Shown in pieces: positions 28,206 to 40,029 of a DNA stretch of 64,000 bases. The position numbers and the translations under genes are program-made. Positions within the stretch are counted from its first letter, which is position 1. Every line of letters starts with the position of its first letter. Origin of the DNA: Octopus sinensis (Eukaryota). Under the pieces are notes generated by a model. That model saw nothing but the letters and a program-made list of their open reading frames with translations, was not told the origin of the DNA and ran no database searches. The stretch lies in the NCBI RefSeq assembly GCF_006345805.1, contig NC_043015.1:9734001-9798000 (forward strand), written 5' to 3'.

Positions 28206-30318
28206 GTTATTATGTTTGGCTTTTGTTTTGTATCTGTACAAGTTGATTCCAGATCTCACCCAGGGACATCAACAGGCAACGACTTAGATGTTCAAGTTGA
28301 TGTTATGACTAGGGTCCCTTTTATTTGGTTTACCACAGATTATTGTTCGAGAGAAAGGCTCTAAAAATATAATTTAATTAAAAGTTTGTTCTTAAAACTA
28401 TTTTAACTATAAGATGATAGCCTGAAGTTAAGAGGACAGTAAAAGTTGTTGGCTGCTATGTACATTTAAAAGTATTTTGGCACGGTGTACGTGCCACAAT
28501 TTTTGTCTGAAATCCTTTAATATAATGACGGGCCTATTTGCATCTGTAGTTCTATCAGTTTAAACGGTAGAGTTCCAAAGGAGTGAGATGTGGTCATTTT
28601 CAAGCACTGGAGGTTGTTTGTATTCCCACCAGTATTTGTTATTGAAAGGTTTTTCTTGTTATTTATTCTTGTTATTCTTGTTATCATAAGCTTAGCATTC
28701 TCTGTTCTTGTTTCCAATACGTCTAAGTGTGGGATTATCTTCTATTTGGAATTATCTTTGATATATTTTCTTGCCTGCTTTGTTACTGAGTGTGATAGTT
28801 TCTTGTTTTCATGCATTAACACATGTTTTAACATCCTGTCGTCAAGGTTTTCATGTAGGTTTTTAGACTAATTGTGACAATCTTCAGTGTTAATTCCACG
28901 GCTGCCCTCCTTTCTTGGCAGGTAAATTTGTTCTATACGTGCCTTAGAGTGGAGAATTCTATGCATCGTCAACAAATTTCATATTTTTCCGTCAAGTTTA
29001 CAACTTTCAGTTATTCACCAGTTAATAACATTAAAACTGTAAGTCAAGACCGATATGGTTAAAGTATAGATACTTCGATCTTGTTTCTGGCGTTCAGCTA
29101 TGTCTTCCTGAGCTGACATCACCGACATGTTTAATAATTGCCAGTAAGCACTGTTGTTATTGGTCATTTCTTGCAAAGGGCATTAAATAATCCATGTAAT
29201 AGCGATGACTTTTAATTTTATATTTATGAAACATTTTATAGCCATATCGTATACCATCGAGTAGTTTCGAAAGAGGTATTAAGGATAGACAAAAGCAGAG
29301 TGGTGATAGAGCGTCCCGCTGCAAAATGCTACATGAAATTCTTACAAACCCCACATTGAAAAATTCATTGCTACTATTCAAAATTAAAGGGATTCTGAAT
29401 GATCTCATGCACACTGATACGAATTTTCGCAGTGTAGGTAGTATTTTATAAATGTCCGAACATTTATTAATCCAGCTGCGTGGTACTCTATCTAGGGTTT
29501 TTTATAGTTTATCCAGGCTATCGAAAACATCTTTTGTTGTTTTTGACAACCTTCCAAGATCATCTTATTGATAAGTAGCTGATCTTTACAACCATAGGAC
29601 CTACATTTGCATCCCTTTTTACTCAGTGGGCAAGAGCCTCTATCTATTACAAGGCCATAAGTGTATTCATCCGAGTTGTTTAGTATTTTATAAATTACTG
29701 TTAAGCCGATCATGGGCCTATAATTTTATTGCTTCATTTGTTTCTTCATTTTTTGGGAAGTAGAAATGTAGAAAATTACTGTTCTTCTTCTTTTGATGGG
29801 AATGTATTTACTGTAACTGGTACCTTGTAAAAAGTTTTGGGCATTTTTAACATATTGTTGTCCTTAAAGAAACTTAGCGCGCATTTCATGCCGTGCTATG
29901 TGGATACCTTTAGCATATACCATTTACTTGGTAGTTTCTATTGATATTGATGTGAAATATGATTTTCATATTGTACTTTTTCCTTACATTTTGGGATTTT
30001 CATTGATTAAGTATTCTTGTCAAACTTACGGTCTTTAAACTTTCTATGTCAGACCTAAGTAATTGAATTTATCGCTGGATAAGTTCTTGCCAAATAGGCT
30101 TTTTTTGTGGGAGAATTGTTTTCTAATATTTTCACCGTATACAACCCTTCAGATTATAGCAGATGCATAGTACAGAGGATTGAGATTTGTAATATTAATA
30201 ACATTAGCTGAAATGATATCTGCATGTGAAAGGCTGATTTTACCAATTAATTTCAGGTTTTCGTTGCAGTTGCGAATTTTTAGTAGGTTGTCACATTCAT
30301 TCATACTGGTTTCATTTG
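28205..30318 (-). mobile_element. Decayed, 5'-truncated and internally deleted R4/Dong-type LINE (N-terminal region, RT, RLE, 3'UTR)
   Basis: 'KKGCKCRSYGCKDQLLINKMILEGC...SIAWINYKK', 'ILQRDALSPLCFCLSLIPLSKLLD...YYMDYL..FA', and across frameshifts 'WWEYKQPPVLENDHISLLWN..TDR..DANRP.IILKDF'. The 3'UTR ends in (AAC/AAT)n. Confidence 0.9.
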
Positions 30319-30344
30319 ATTATTATTATTATTATTATTATTAA

Positions 30345-31135
30345 GTAATCTTATTTTGATAACGGGCGTTCATTGCACTACTGAGTGCAGCTCTGTGTAC
30401 CTTCGGTATGTGTTGTGGTTTGCTGTTATGCTCTTATGGTTACTGTACTGAAAGTGTTTTACGTAGGGTGTGTGCAGTGCCTGTATGATATATATATATA
30501 TATTATATATATATATATATATATATTTGTTAGTCCTGGTGTTTTTGTTATGTATTTGTCTGAATATTTTTATCATGCCTAATGCACCCATCATGATAGC
30601 AATTGTTTCTGTTTTTGGACTCCACATTCGAGTTATCTATATTTCCAGATCTTTCTCTGTTGAAGGTTTCTCCATTTCTTTTAGAGAAACGTTATCATCT
30701 GCTGGTATTGATACATCAATTGATAAAGTAATTTTTTCTTCGTGATCTCTGACAACAATATTTGACCTAGTGGCCTTTATTTCTCAGTCTGTGTGCATTG
30801 GCATATACCATAATATGGTTGCTTTCTCATTTTTTGTGACCTACTACCATCTTCTTTCCTGGTTTTATTCTATAGTGTTGGCATAGCTTCCATTGTATGT
30901 TGATCCCAACTCTGTCGTTTCGGTGAATATATTCCCTCTTAGCCAGGACTGGGCAGCTAGAGACAATATGATTTATTGTTTCTTGTCCGTCTACACATAT
31001 TCTGTAGTTACTTGTTATGTTTCTTTTCATTATATGTTTTTGGTTATTTCTGGTGGAGAGACCTTGATTTTGTGCTGCAATTAAAACTACTTCACTCTCT
31101 GCTTTGAGTCCTAAGCTTCTCAGCTGTTGCTAAGA
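30345..31135 (-). mobile_element. R4/Dong-type 3' part: CCHC knuckle, RLE endonuclease, 3'UTR and (TAA)n tail, with an (AT)n insertion at ~30488
   Basis: 'LGLKAESE..LIAAQNQ...NYRICVDGQETINHIVSSCPVLAKREYIHRNDRVG...ATILW.MP...RSNIVVRDHEEK..IDVSIPADDNV..KE.EKLS...MWSPKTETIAIMMGALGMIK'. Confidence 0.92.
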
Positions 31136-31149
31136 TTTTGCTTTGTCTA

Positions 31150-31220
31150 TTTCTTGTTGTTATCATCATCATCATCATTATCATCATCACCACCACCATC
31201 ATCACCACCACCATCATCAC

Positions 31221-31276
<56 letters not shown>

Positions 31277-31289
31277 ACACCATCATCAC

Positions 31290-31324
<35 letters not shown>

Positions 31325-31334
31325 CCATCATCAC

Positions 31335-31366
<32 letters not shown>

Positions 31367-31470
31367 CCACCATCAACATCATCATCATCATCATCAACAT
31401 CATCATCATCATGTTCATCATCATCATCATCATCATCATCCTCATCACCATCGTCATCATCGTCGTCATT
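31150..31470. repeat. (ATC)n/(ACC)n array, ~320 bp
   Basis: Read directly; source of the poly-H/S/I/D/M pseudo-ORFs. Confidence 0.97.
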
Positions 31471-31484
31471 ATTAATTCTGCCGA

Positions 31485-31714
31485 GGCGGTGAGCTGGCAG
31501 AAACGTTAGCACGCTGGGCGAAATGCGTAGCCGTATTTCGTCTGCCGCTACGTTCTGAGTTCAAATTCTGCCGAGGTCGACTTTGCCTTTCATCCTTTCG
31601 GGGTCGATAAATTAAGTACCAGTTACGCACTGGGATCGATGTAATCAACTTAATCCGTTTGTCTGTCCTTGTTTGTCCCCTCTGTGTGTAGCCCATTGTT
31701 TGTAGTAAAGACTA
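31485..31714 (+). mobile_element. Young tRNA-headed SINE (family C; central domain resembles the Meta/MESC SINE domain)
   Basis: A-box-like tggcagaaacg, B-box gagttcaaattc, and gcctttcatcctttcggggtcgataaattaagtacc. Flanked by the direct repeat taattctg(c/t)cgagg. Confidence 0.9.
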
Positions 31715-31858
31715 TAATTCTGTCGAGGTCGTCTTTGCATTTCATCCTTTCGAGAACGATAAATAAAGTACCAGTGAGACGCTGTGCTTAGTGATATCGA
31801 CTAGTCCCCTCCCTAGAATTTCAGACATTGTGCGTTTAGTAGAAAGGATTCTTCTTCT
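31715..31858 (+). mobile_element. 3' part of an older family-C SINE interrupted by the previous copy
   Basis: aattctgtcgaggtcgtctttgcatttcatcctttcgagaacgataaataaagtaccag...tagtagaaaggatt. Confidence 0.75.
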
Positions 31859-31861
31859 TAT

Positions 31862-32270
31862 TATTATTATGTTTTTTCCTTCTTTCTTCAAATTTTCTTC
31901 CGTTTCTCGCCGAGGGTTTTCCATACACCTAGGGCAGAGAAGGGCATTGTATGTATTCCCAGACTACACGCGCAAGTTCACAGATGAAATATGTATTTAA
32001 AAATTAATAAATAAATAAATTCATGGATGGATGTTAATTTTCACAGCGATAGTGCTTTTCTCAGTACATGAGCCGTTCCAGTTAATAAGACTTTTTGCAC
32101 TTCCTGTAGGGATGGTAAGCCTGGAATCATTTTCAAATAGGTTTCAGTACCTCTTTTTATTATTCCTAGAGATCCGAAAATCAGTGGTACTGTAGTCGCC
32201 TTGAAATGCCACATTTTTTAAATTTCCATTAGCAGGTCTTTATATTAACTAATCTTGTCAGATTCTTTTG
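31862..32270 (-). mobile_element. R4/Dong-type 3' end (RLE C-terminus, 3'UTR, (AAT)n)
   Basis: 'KESDKIS*YKDLLMEI*KMWHFKATTVPLIFGSLGIIKRGTETYLKMIPGLPSLQEVQKVLLTGTAHVLRKALSL*'. Confidence 0.9.
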
Positions 32271-32296
32271 CAGCTATATTGTGATCAGAGGGAATA

Positions 32297-32329
<33 letters not shown>

Positions 32330-32335
<6 letters not shown>

Positions 32336-32505
32336 GTATTTTCCTTCTTTCTTCAAATTATCTTCCGTTTCTCGGCGAGTGTTTTCCATACGCTTAGGTC
32401 AGAGAAGGGCATTGTATGCATTCTCAGATTACACGCGCAAATCCACAGATAAAATATGTATTTAAAAATAAATAAATAAATAAATTCATGGATGGATGTT
32501 ATGGT
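32330..32505 (-). mobile_element. Second copy of the same R4 3'UTR alone
   Basis: Aligns with 31862-32037 (ccttctttcttcaaatt.tcttccgtttctc...cagagaagggcattgtatg...aaattcatggatggatgtta). Confidence 0.85.
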
Positions 32506-32509
32506 GTTA

Positions 32510-32570
<61 letters not shown>

Positions 32571-32622
32571 GTTATTGTTGTTCTTGTCGTTGTTATTTTT
32601 GTTATTATTATTATCATTTTTA

Positions 32623-32675
<53 letters not shown>

Positions 32676-32699
32676 GTTATTATTATTATTATCATTATT

Positions 32700-33256
32700 G
32701 AGTGAGAGAGCAGTGCATGCCATCAAAGTGACACTGGGGTAAAATATACGTAGCCCAGTATACCCATCATGACTACCCGTCTGATAAAGGTACACCAGGC
32801 ACATCCATCACAACCAAATGTGTGCGACATGTTGATCTGATATGAAGATAAACAGCGCATGACTTTGCAGGTGGTGCCCAGTTAGAATTTTCTTCTGGTC
32901 GAGTAGTCCATCCTGCTCAAAAAGTCCCTTAATAAGGGTTGTTTAAGGATGTTGAACGAGACACCCATGTTTCCAGAGGTGAAATATCCAAACCCCAAAG
33001 AATTCCTCTCAACACATGGCTATCATGCCCCCCACTACTTCTGCTCGTGATCAGAGGTGCACATATCGTTAGCCCCTAAGGGACATGCTCAACTGGTTAC
33101 GGTCAAACAACTAACAAGCAAATCTGTGGTATTGATCAGAATATTTGCTGTAGCCCATCTTTTATACCAAGACAAAACAATGTACATGATAACACTTCCA
33201 ATCAGTTAAGATGAGAAGCCATGAAAGCCACTGCCTGGTACTGCATCAGGGCATTT
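32700..33256 (-). mobile_element. ~555 bp non-coding interspersed element embedded in (ATT)n on both sides
   Basis: No convincing ORF, (ATT)n on both flanks, and a partial second copy at 25525. Confidence 0.7.
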
Positions 33257-33309
33257 ATTATCATTATTATTATTGTTATTATTATTATCATTATTATTAT
33301 TATTATTAC

Positions 33310-33345
<36 letters not shown>

Positions 33346-33365
33346 CATTGTTATTATTGTTATTA

Positions 33366-33404
<39 letters not shown>

Positions 33405-33478
33405 CATTATTATTATTATTATCATTCTATTATTATTATTATTATTATTATTATAAATATTAATATTATTATTATTAT

Positions 33479-33514
<36 letters not shown>

Positions 33515-33565
33515 TATTAGTTTTTATTATTCTTATTATTATTGTTGTTGTTGTTGTTTATGTTA
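33256..33565. repeat. (ATT)n/(ATC)n/(GTT)n array
   Basis: Read directly from the sequence. Confidence 0.95.
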
Positions 33566-33825
33566 TTATTTGGAATATGATTATATATTCCGCTATACTT
33601 TAAGATAGAAACACTTGTATATATGCCATTGACATGTGTTTACAGATTTTGTCTCTTTAATTTGGAATGTGTAATTTTGTTATCAGTATTTCGATTATAT
33701 TAAGTTTCTATAAAAGCATTTTATTGTAATCTGTCCATCCTGGAATATATACCACACGTAATATGATTATTTGCGAATAGAATATCTCTTACGCCCGAAA
33801 TCGTTAATATTTCTCTATGCCATAT

Positions 33826-33955
33826 TTATATGTGTGTGTGTGTGTGTGCATGTATATATGTATGTATATACATAGATATACGTATAAATATATATATATG
33901 TGTGTGTGTGTGTGTGTTAGTGTATGTATATATATATATATATATACATATATAT

Positions 33956-33993
<38 letters not shown>

Positions 33994-33996
33994 CAT

Positions 33997-34030
<34 letters not shown>

Positions 34031-34055
34031 AATATACATACATATATATATACAT

Positions 34056-34134
<79 letters not shown>

Positions 34135-34168
34135 GTATATATATATATATATATACATTTATATATAT

Positions 34169-34266
<98 letters not shown>
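33826..34266. repeat. (GT)n plus long imperfect (AT)n, ~440 bp
   Basis: Read directly from the sequence. Confidence 0.97.
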
Positions 34267-35053
34267 AGTTATGCTTGGTTATGCTTTAATTTAATTTAAA
34301 ATATTACCGTACATGTAATTCTCAATCCATTTCCTCGCAGTTCGGAGTTATACTGTGGAGAAAGTGTATCTTACTTTATGCAGCCATTATAGAGAACAAA
34401 TTATCCTGTCCTACTTTTATCTTAGTTGCAGTGTCATTAATCTTGATTTGTTCGTTGTTATGTACATGTAATGTAACTCTCTTTATTTAGTAAATTTGTT
34501 ATGGCGTGTGTTTATGCTGGATCACGTAGACAAATGTATACTGTTATTTTCTCAATCATACCTGTAATAGTGGTCTATCGTTGCATTACTTCGATAACGA
34601 TGGATTAATTGTATTGTTGTTTATTTTTAAAATTGAATGCACAAAGTTTTGGAATTTCCTACATTTTCCGACTGTTATAATTTCTTCGAGAAATCCGAAA
34701 CCACATCATTCTCCTAATTTACACATTTTTGTACACATCCTTGGTTATGACCTGCAACAGTTCTTATAACGCTTTTGTTAATGAGTTCGTGTAATTACAT
34801 ATCAGATTCATATTCTCGCATACGCCATTGATAACTAATTTCTCAGCATCAAAATATAAATTCTGGAAACCACAGCGCAGATTAATGCCGACTTTGATAC
34901 TTAGAATTATCATAGCTTCATGAGCATAAATTTTGATAAGTCATTGATTACTAATATCGATTTCCAGCTCAAAACCATTCCCGCATTCCGAAAACAGAAT
35001 TAGGGAATATATAGCACAGGTTAGATAGATTATAAAGATTATATAGGGCAAGT

Positions 35054-35362
35054 GCGGAGGCGCAATGGCCCAGTGGTTAGAACAGCGGACTCGCGGTCGG
35101 AGGATCGAGGTTTCGATTCCCAGACCGGCCGTTGCGAGTGATTATTGAGCGAAAACACCTAAATGCTCCACGAGGCTCCGGCAGGGGATGGTGGCGATCC
35201 TTGCTGTACTCTTTCGCCACAACTTTCTCTCACTCTTCCTTCTGTTGGCCTGCTCGCTTAGCCAGCGGGGTGGCGTCATTTGAAGGCTAAAACAATGCGA
35301 AACGCATTGTGACTTCCGATGTGTAGCAATATCTGATAGCCTGGTCGGTCACGGTGACGGTG
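35054..35362 (+). mobile_element. tRNA-derived SINE (family A) with an intact 13-bp target-site duplication
   Basis: A-box tggcccagtgg and B-box ggtttcgattcc. ATATAGGGCAAGT occurs at 35041-35053 and 35363-35375. The tail is cggtcacggtgacggtg. Confidence 0.93.
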
Positions 35363-35490
35363 ATATAGGGCAAGTATGTAGCTTAAGTACGGTCAGGATA
35401 TTAAAGAAAACGACAATGTATTTTGTAATTGATAGAGATAAATAGATAGAGAGATGCACAGAGATATATAAATACACACATACACACTCA

Positions 35491-35529
<39 letters not shown>

Positions 35530-36698
35530 GAGTATGTGTGTGTGTGTGTCTGTATGTATATATATATATATATATTTATATGAAGCAGACACACAGAGGA
35601 AGATATATAGATACATAGAGAGATACACAGATAGATACATATATCGATAGATAGATAGATAGATTGATAGATAGATTGATAGATAGATAGACAGTTAGAT
35701 GTGCCGACGGATGCATGTATGAATGCATGCATGGACTCACGGATGCATGGGTGGATATTCGATGGATGTTTGAATAATTGGTGGACGTTTGGATAAAGAG
35801 GTAAATGAGGAGTTTGGATTGTTAGTTATATACGTATGTTCATACAATCTTACATGCATAAATGATTCCATTCATCCATACATAGGTATATATACTCATA
35901 TCCATCACGTATTTGTGTTTATTATGACGTGGAATATACATGTATCATGTTGATGGAATTAAAAGTAATATTCTTGGCGACTCTTTAGATAGGATATATC
36001 AATTGGCTAACGCATGCAGATAAAACTGATTGTTATTGCAAATTCAGTTTTAAAAATTATTTGTCTGCATTATTTTGCTTCTCCGGTTCTTCTTCCAAAA
36101 ATCCATTCAAGTTTACATCGGGTTTAATCTACCATTATCAAATATATCACAAAAGAATTATTTAGGATTGTATTTTACGTTAAAATGCAATTGAGTCGTG
36201 TGTTTCAAATGGTGAGATATCATTTTTTTCTTTTAAATCTCGCTTTCACACACATAATTCCACATACACACACACACACACACACACATATGTATATAAA
36301 TATATATATATATATTTATATACTGCAAATATTCCACATATGCACGTGCGTTGTATCCCCCTAAAATCTTAGGTATTTTCGATTTACTTTCAAGACTGAC
36401 AAAAAGGGACAGTTTGTGTGCGTGAATAATTTATATAAATTTCATTTGTTATATAAGAGAATTACGTACATATATTGTTTTGTATTACATTTATAGTATA
36501 TATATATGTGTGTGTGTGTGTGTGTTCGTGTATGTGTATGTGTGTGTGTTTTTGTAAGGAAATTTAGAATTTAAATTCTTCTATGGCAAAGTTTATTTAA
36601 GCTTCACATTTTCTATTATAATTTATGTGCCTGGGTCATTATGTGTTTGAGAGTATTGTGGCATACTCATGTATACATATGCGCGTGAGTGTGTGAAA

Positions 36699-36730
<32 letters not shown>

Positions 36731-37849
36731 CAGCATAGGTGTGTATATAAAGTTATAAATAAAATTTAATTTCATTTGGCTTCAGTTTCCCGCCCTCCGG
36801 CGCTGGTGTCACGTGATATACGAATCAGAATTTGGAAGTTTTTATGCGCAATCGATTATAATTTTATTCAATGTCTTATCGATAATTTCACTTGTATGAT
36901 TTCAGTCTAAATTTAATCAAGTTTTGCTCATAAGTACAGATGATCTCTTAGAAATGCAAATTTTCCTGAATATAGACCCATCGGTTTGCTATTTCTATCA
37001 TCAGCAGTCTAAGGATTATTTTGCGCGAGCATTTCTTGGTCTTCTTTCATAGATATTTCCATATAATGAATTGTTTTCATTTTAGAGTGAATCTCATACT
37101 TAGGTTCGGGGAGATGAAAGAGAGAAAATGGAAGGAGCACTGCAAACACTGACACTGTCAAACTACTTTTTAAATGATGCATCATTAAATTGATATGTTG
37201 CTTCATTTAATGCTTAACATGTTTCTTTCACAATCTTTACTGGTTACTTCTATCACAGTGATACAAGAAACATTATTAAAAAAGTTTCCCTTTAATAGAA
37301 ACAATATATTGTCAAGTGAAAATCTATATATGCCAATTGCAGTTTATTGCAAAATATAAACGGCTCTGTGGGAATTCCTGTTCCATTATTGCACAAATTC
37401 TACAGCTGTATGTGTATGCCTTGAAATGGTAGGAAACGAATATGGATGAAAAGAGATACGGGTATATGTTCGTTGATGCTTTTATTTGACAGTGTGTGTT
37501 TTAATATTGTATCGATAAATTATTGAAAATTGGAAGTGAATCTCTGTAATCAAATATGTCACTGAATAAGTATAAAAAATTGTAAAAATGAGAACTGGGG
37601 GCAACTTATTCGTCAGAAGACTTTAAAGTTTAGCCCTAGAATAGCCACAGTCCCTAAATGAAACACACGGTTGATCATAATTAAATATATATATGTATGT
37701 ATTGTATGCGTGTATCAATGTGTGTGTGTCTTTCTCTCTGTATGTATATAAGTATGTTTATATATATATATGTGTGTGTGTGTGTGTGCACATACATATA
37801 TGTATGTATGTAGGACTGTGCGTTCGTGTGTGGATTTGTGTCTGTGTTA

Positions 37850-37905
37850 GTAGCCCTGGCTCTTAACCCCAAGATTCTGAGTTCGATTCCCGACAGTGGC
37901 CTGAT
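37850..37905 (+). mobile_element. tRNA-like SINE head (3' half, tRNA-Lys(CTT)-like anticodon arm and T-arm)
   Basis: ggctcttaaccccaagattctgagttcgattcccgacagtggc contains B-box gagttcgattcc and is directly followed by (AAT)n. Confidence 0.6.
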
Positions 37906-37954
37906 TGATAATAATAAAAATAATAATAATGATAATAATAATAATAATAATGAT

Positions 37955-38046
<92 letters not shown>

Positions 38047-38050
38047 TAAC

Positions 38051-38124
<74 letters not shown>

Positions 38125-38133
38125 TAATAATAA
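37905..38133. repeat. (AAT)n array, A-rich on + (opposite to most arrays here)
   Basis: Read directly from the sequence. Confidence 0.97.
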
Positions 38134-38183
38134 CATGGAAAAGTACCTTAGGAATGAGAACGTAGGTTCGAAACTTCCCCCAG

Positions 38184-38227
38184 GCACCTGATAAACGCCG
38201 GAGGGTATATCAACCGAAACGTTGTCT
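38184..38227 (+). ncRNA. Decayed minimal hammerhead-like motif in a Penelope-like terminal sequence
   Basis: gcac-CTGATAA-acgccggagggtatatcaacc-GAA-ACGT-T-gtct. Core G8>A, and stems I and II are imperfect. Confidence 0.45.
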
Positions 38228-38274
38228 AAACAAAAAAGATGAGGACAAATATCCGTCAAATGTAAATAATGTAA

Positions 38275-38500
38275 TTTGTATAGTATGGTTTCGCGTAACT
38301 TACTATGGACCAAGTTATGCTGTACTTCCTTTTATCCCCCTTTAGTCGCCATACAAAATGTGACAAAGATGTTGAATTTCTCTTATTGATTGTCTTAAAT
38401 CTGGCAACTTGCTTACGATAATGATTATTCAATGAATCATCCGTCTGCCCGAATGTAAACATACGACCGTACCCTTGTGTATACGTTACATTTATGTACA
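38275..38500 (-). mobile_element. Penelope-like GIY-YIG endonuclease fragment
   Basis: 'FGQTDDSLNNHYRKQVARFKTINKRNSTSLSHFVWRLKGDKRKYSITWSIVSYAKPYY'. Confidence 0.85.
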
Positions 38501-39458
38501 AGATTTGTACGTATACAGAGATTCATCAAAGCGGATTTTGATTTTTCTCTGCATGAGCATTCACCGTATTTGTATATAAGGTAATCCTGACACACTTTAG
38601 CGGCGCTGTTACCGTGTTAGCTGTATTATAAGTATTTAAGCTAATAAAATGCGGTCGTAATTGGTGTTTATCATTACGATTTACATCCCAATGGTTGGTA
38701 TTTAATTTTCGCTGGATCCAGTTGGTGGGTTATCGAACCTTTGCCACATCTTGCTAGTGATTACTCGATACAAGATAGAAAGTAGCGTCAAGGAAAGTCA
38801 CTCTATGATAATCCTTAACCATAGTAATATTTTTCTTGTGATGCCGTCCCTGCCCTCAGGAACATTTGTCTAGTCTGTGGACTAACGAGAAGATCATTAA
38901 TAGAATTTCTGAACGTCTTTCGAGATGCCTACACTCATATAAACGTACTTTCGCACAATGCAGTGGGAATGAATTTCGAGTAACCGTTAACATAATTTTA
39001 TCTATATAAGGTATGGGTGACTAAACTTTACTTCTAACCTCCCCATTCTTACAAACGCCTAGTAGATAGTTAACTCGCTTTGTAATCATGAGTGCACCAA
39101 TCCTCATGTTTGCCTATGTTCACATTTTTGCGGATGCTCGTATGAGCGAGTAGACTCAAGCCATGCAGCTTACCCGAGGGCATTTATACGTCCATAATTG
39201 TTAAAGGTTATCCTGAATAATTTTCTCGCTGTATTGCGTATTCGTTTCGGTTTTTGCCATCTCTGATTTTATTTTTGATCTTATAGATAAATGAAGATAT
39301 TTCCTGCATCTGGTTGCTTTTCTTTCTACAAAAGGAGAAGTTACCTTGTGGAACTGTTTTAGTGAGTTGTATTTATTTATCACTCGACGAGATATATGTA
39401 CACAGCCCGATGATCCTCACACACACACACACACCACACACACACACATACAAACACA

Positions 39459-39502
<44 letters not shown>

Positions 39503-40029
39503 CATCTAAGAGGGATGACAACGAAGTGGACATCGATTATGCTACACGTAGACTCCCCCTATGGTCTTACCATTAAGAAAGGATTGTCCTCAGGAAAGTT
39601 TAGCAATCCGCACATATATATATATACATGTAAGTATATATACAGATGTATATGTATAGTTCTGGTGTTAGCTAAATTTTTTTTTGCGAACAATCTTTTC
39701 TTAGTTGTAAGACGATGGGTGTTCTACTTCTAGCATAATGGATGTGCACTTAGTTGTCATCACTGTCATATGTAAGTAATATAATTTTTCTGAATCTTCA
39801 GATTTTTCAACATGCTACACCATTGGTTTTAAATTGATATTAATATTCAATTTTTCACCCCTATTATTTTAAATTTATATATATATATATAAGCACAAAA
39901 TGAAATAAGTACATTCAACAAGAATTGGTACGATTGGACATGTTTTTGGGTGACTACAATTCTTTCCACGCAACTTAGTTCTCCAAATGTACAGGCACTG
40001 GATTATGCAGCTGTTTACCTACTTTATGT

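Noticed and set aside
35054-35130. tRNA-like sequences at SINE heads (also 8825, 31485, 37850, 46074, 58100)
   Set aside because: They have A/B boxes but no complete cloverleaf or acceptor stem, and they continue into SINE bodies, so they are not tRNA genes.
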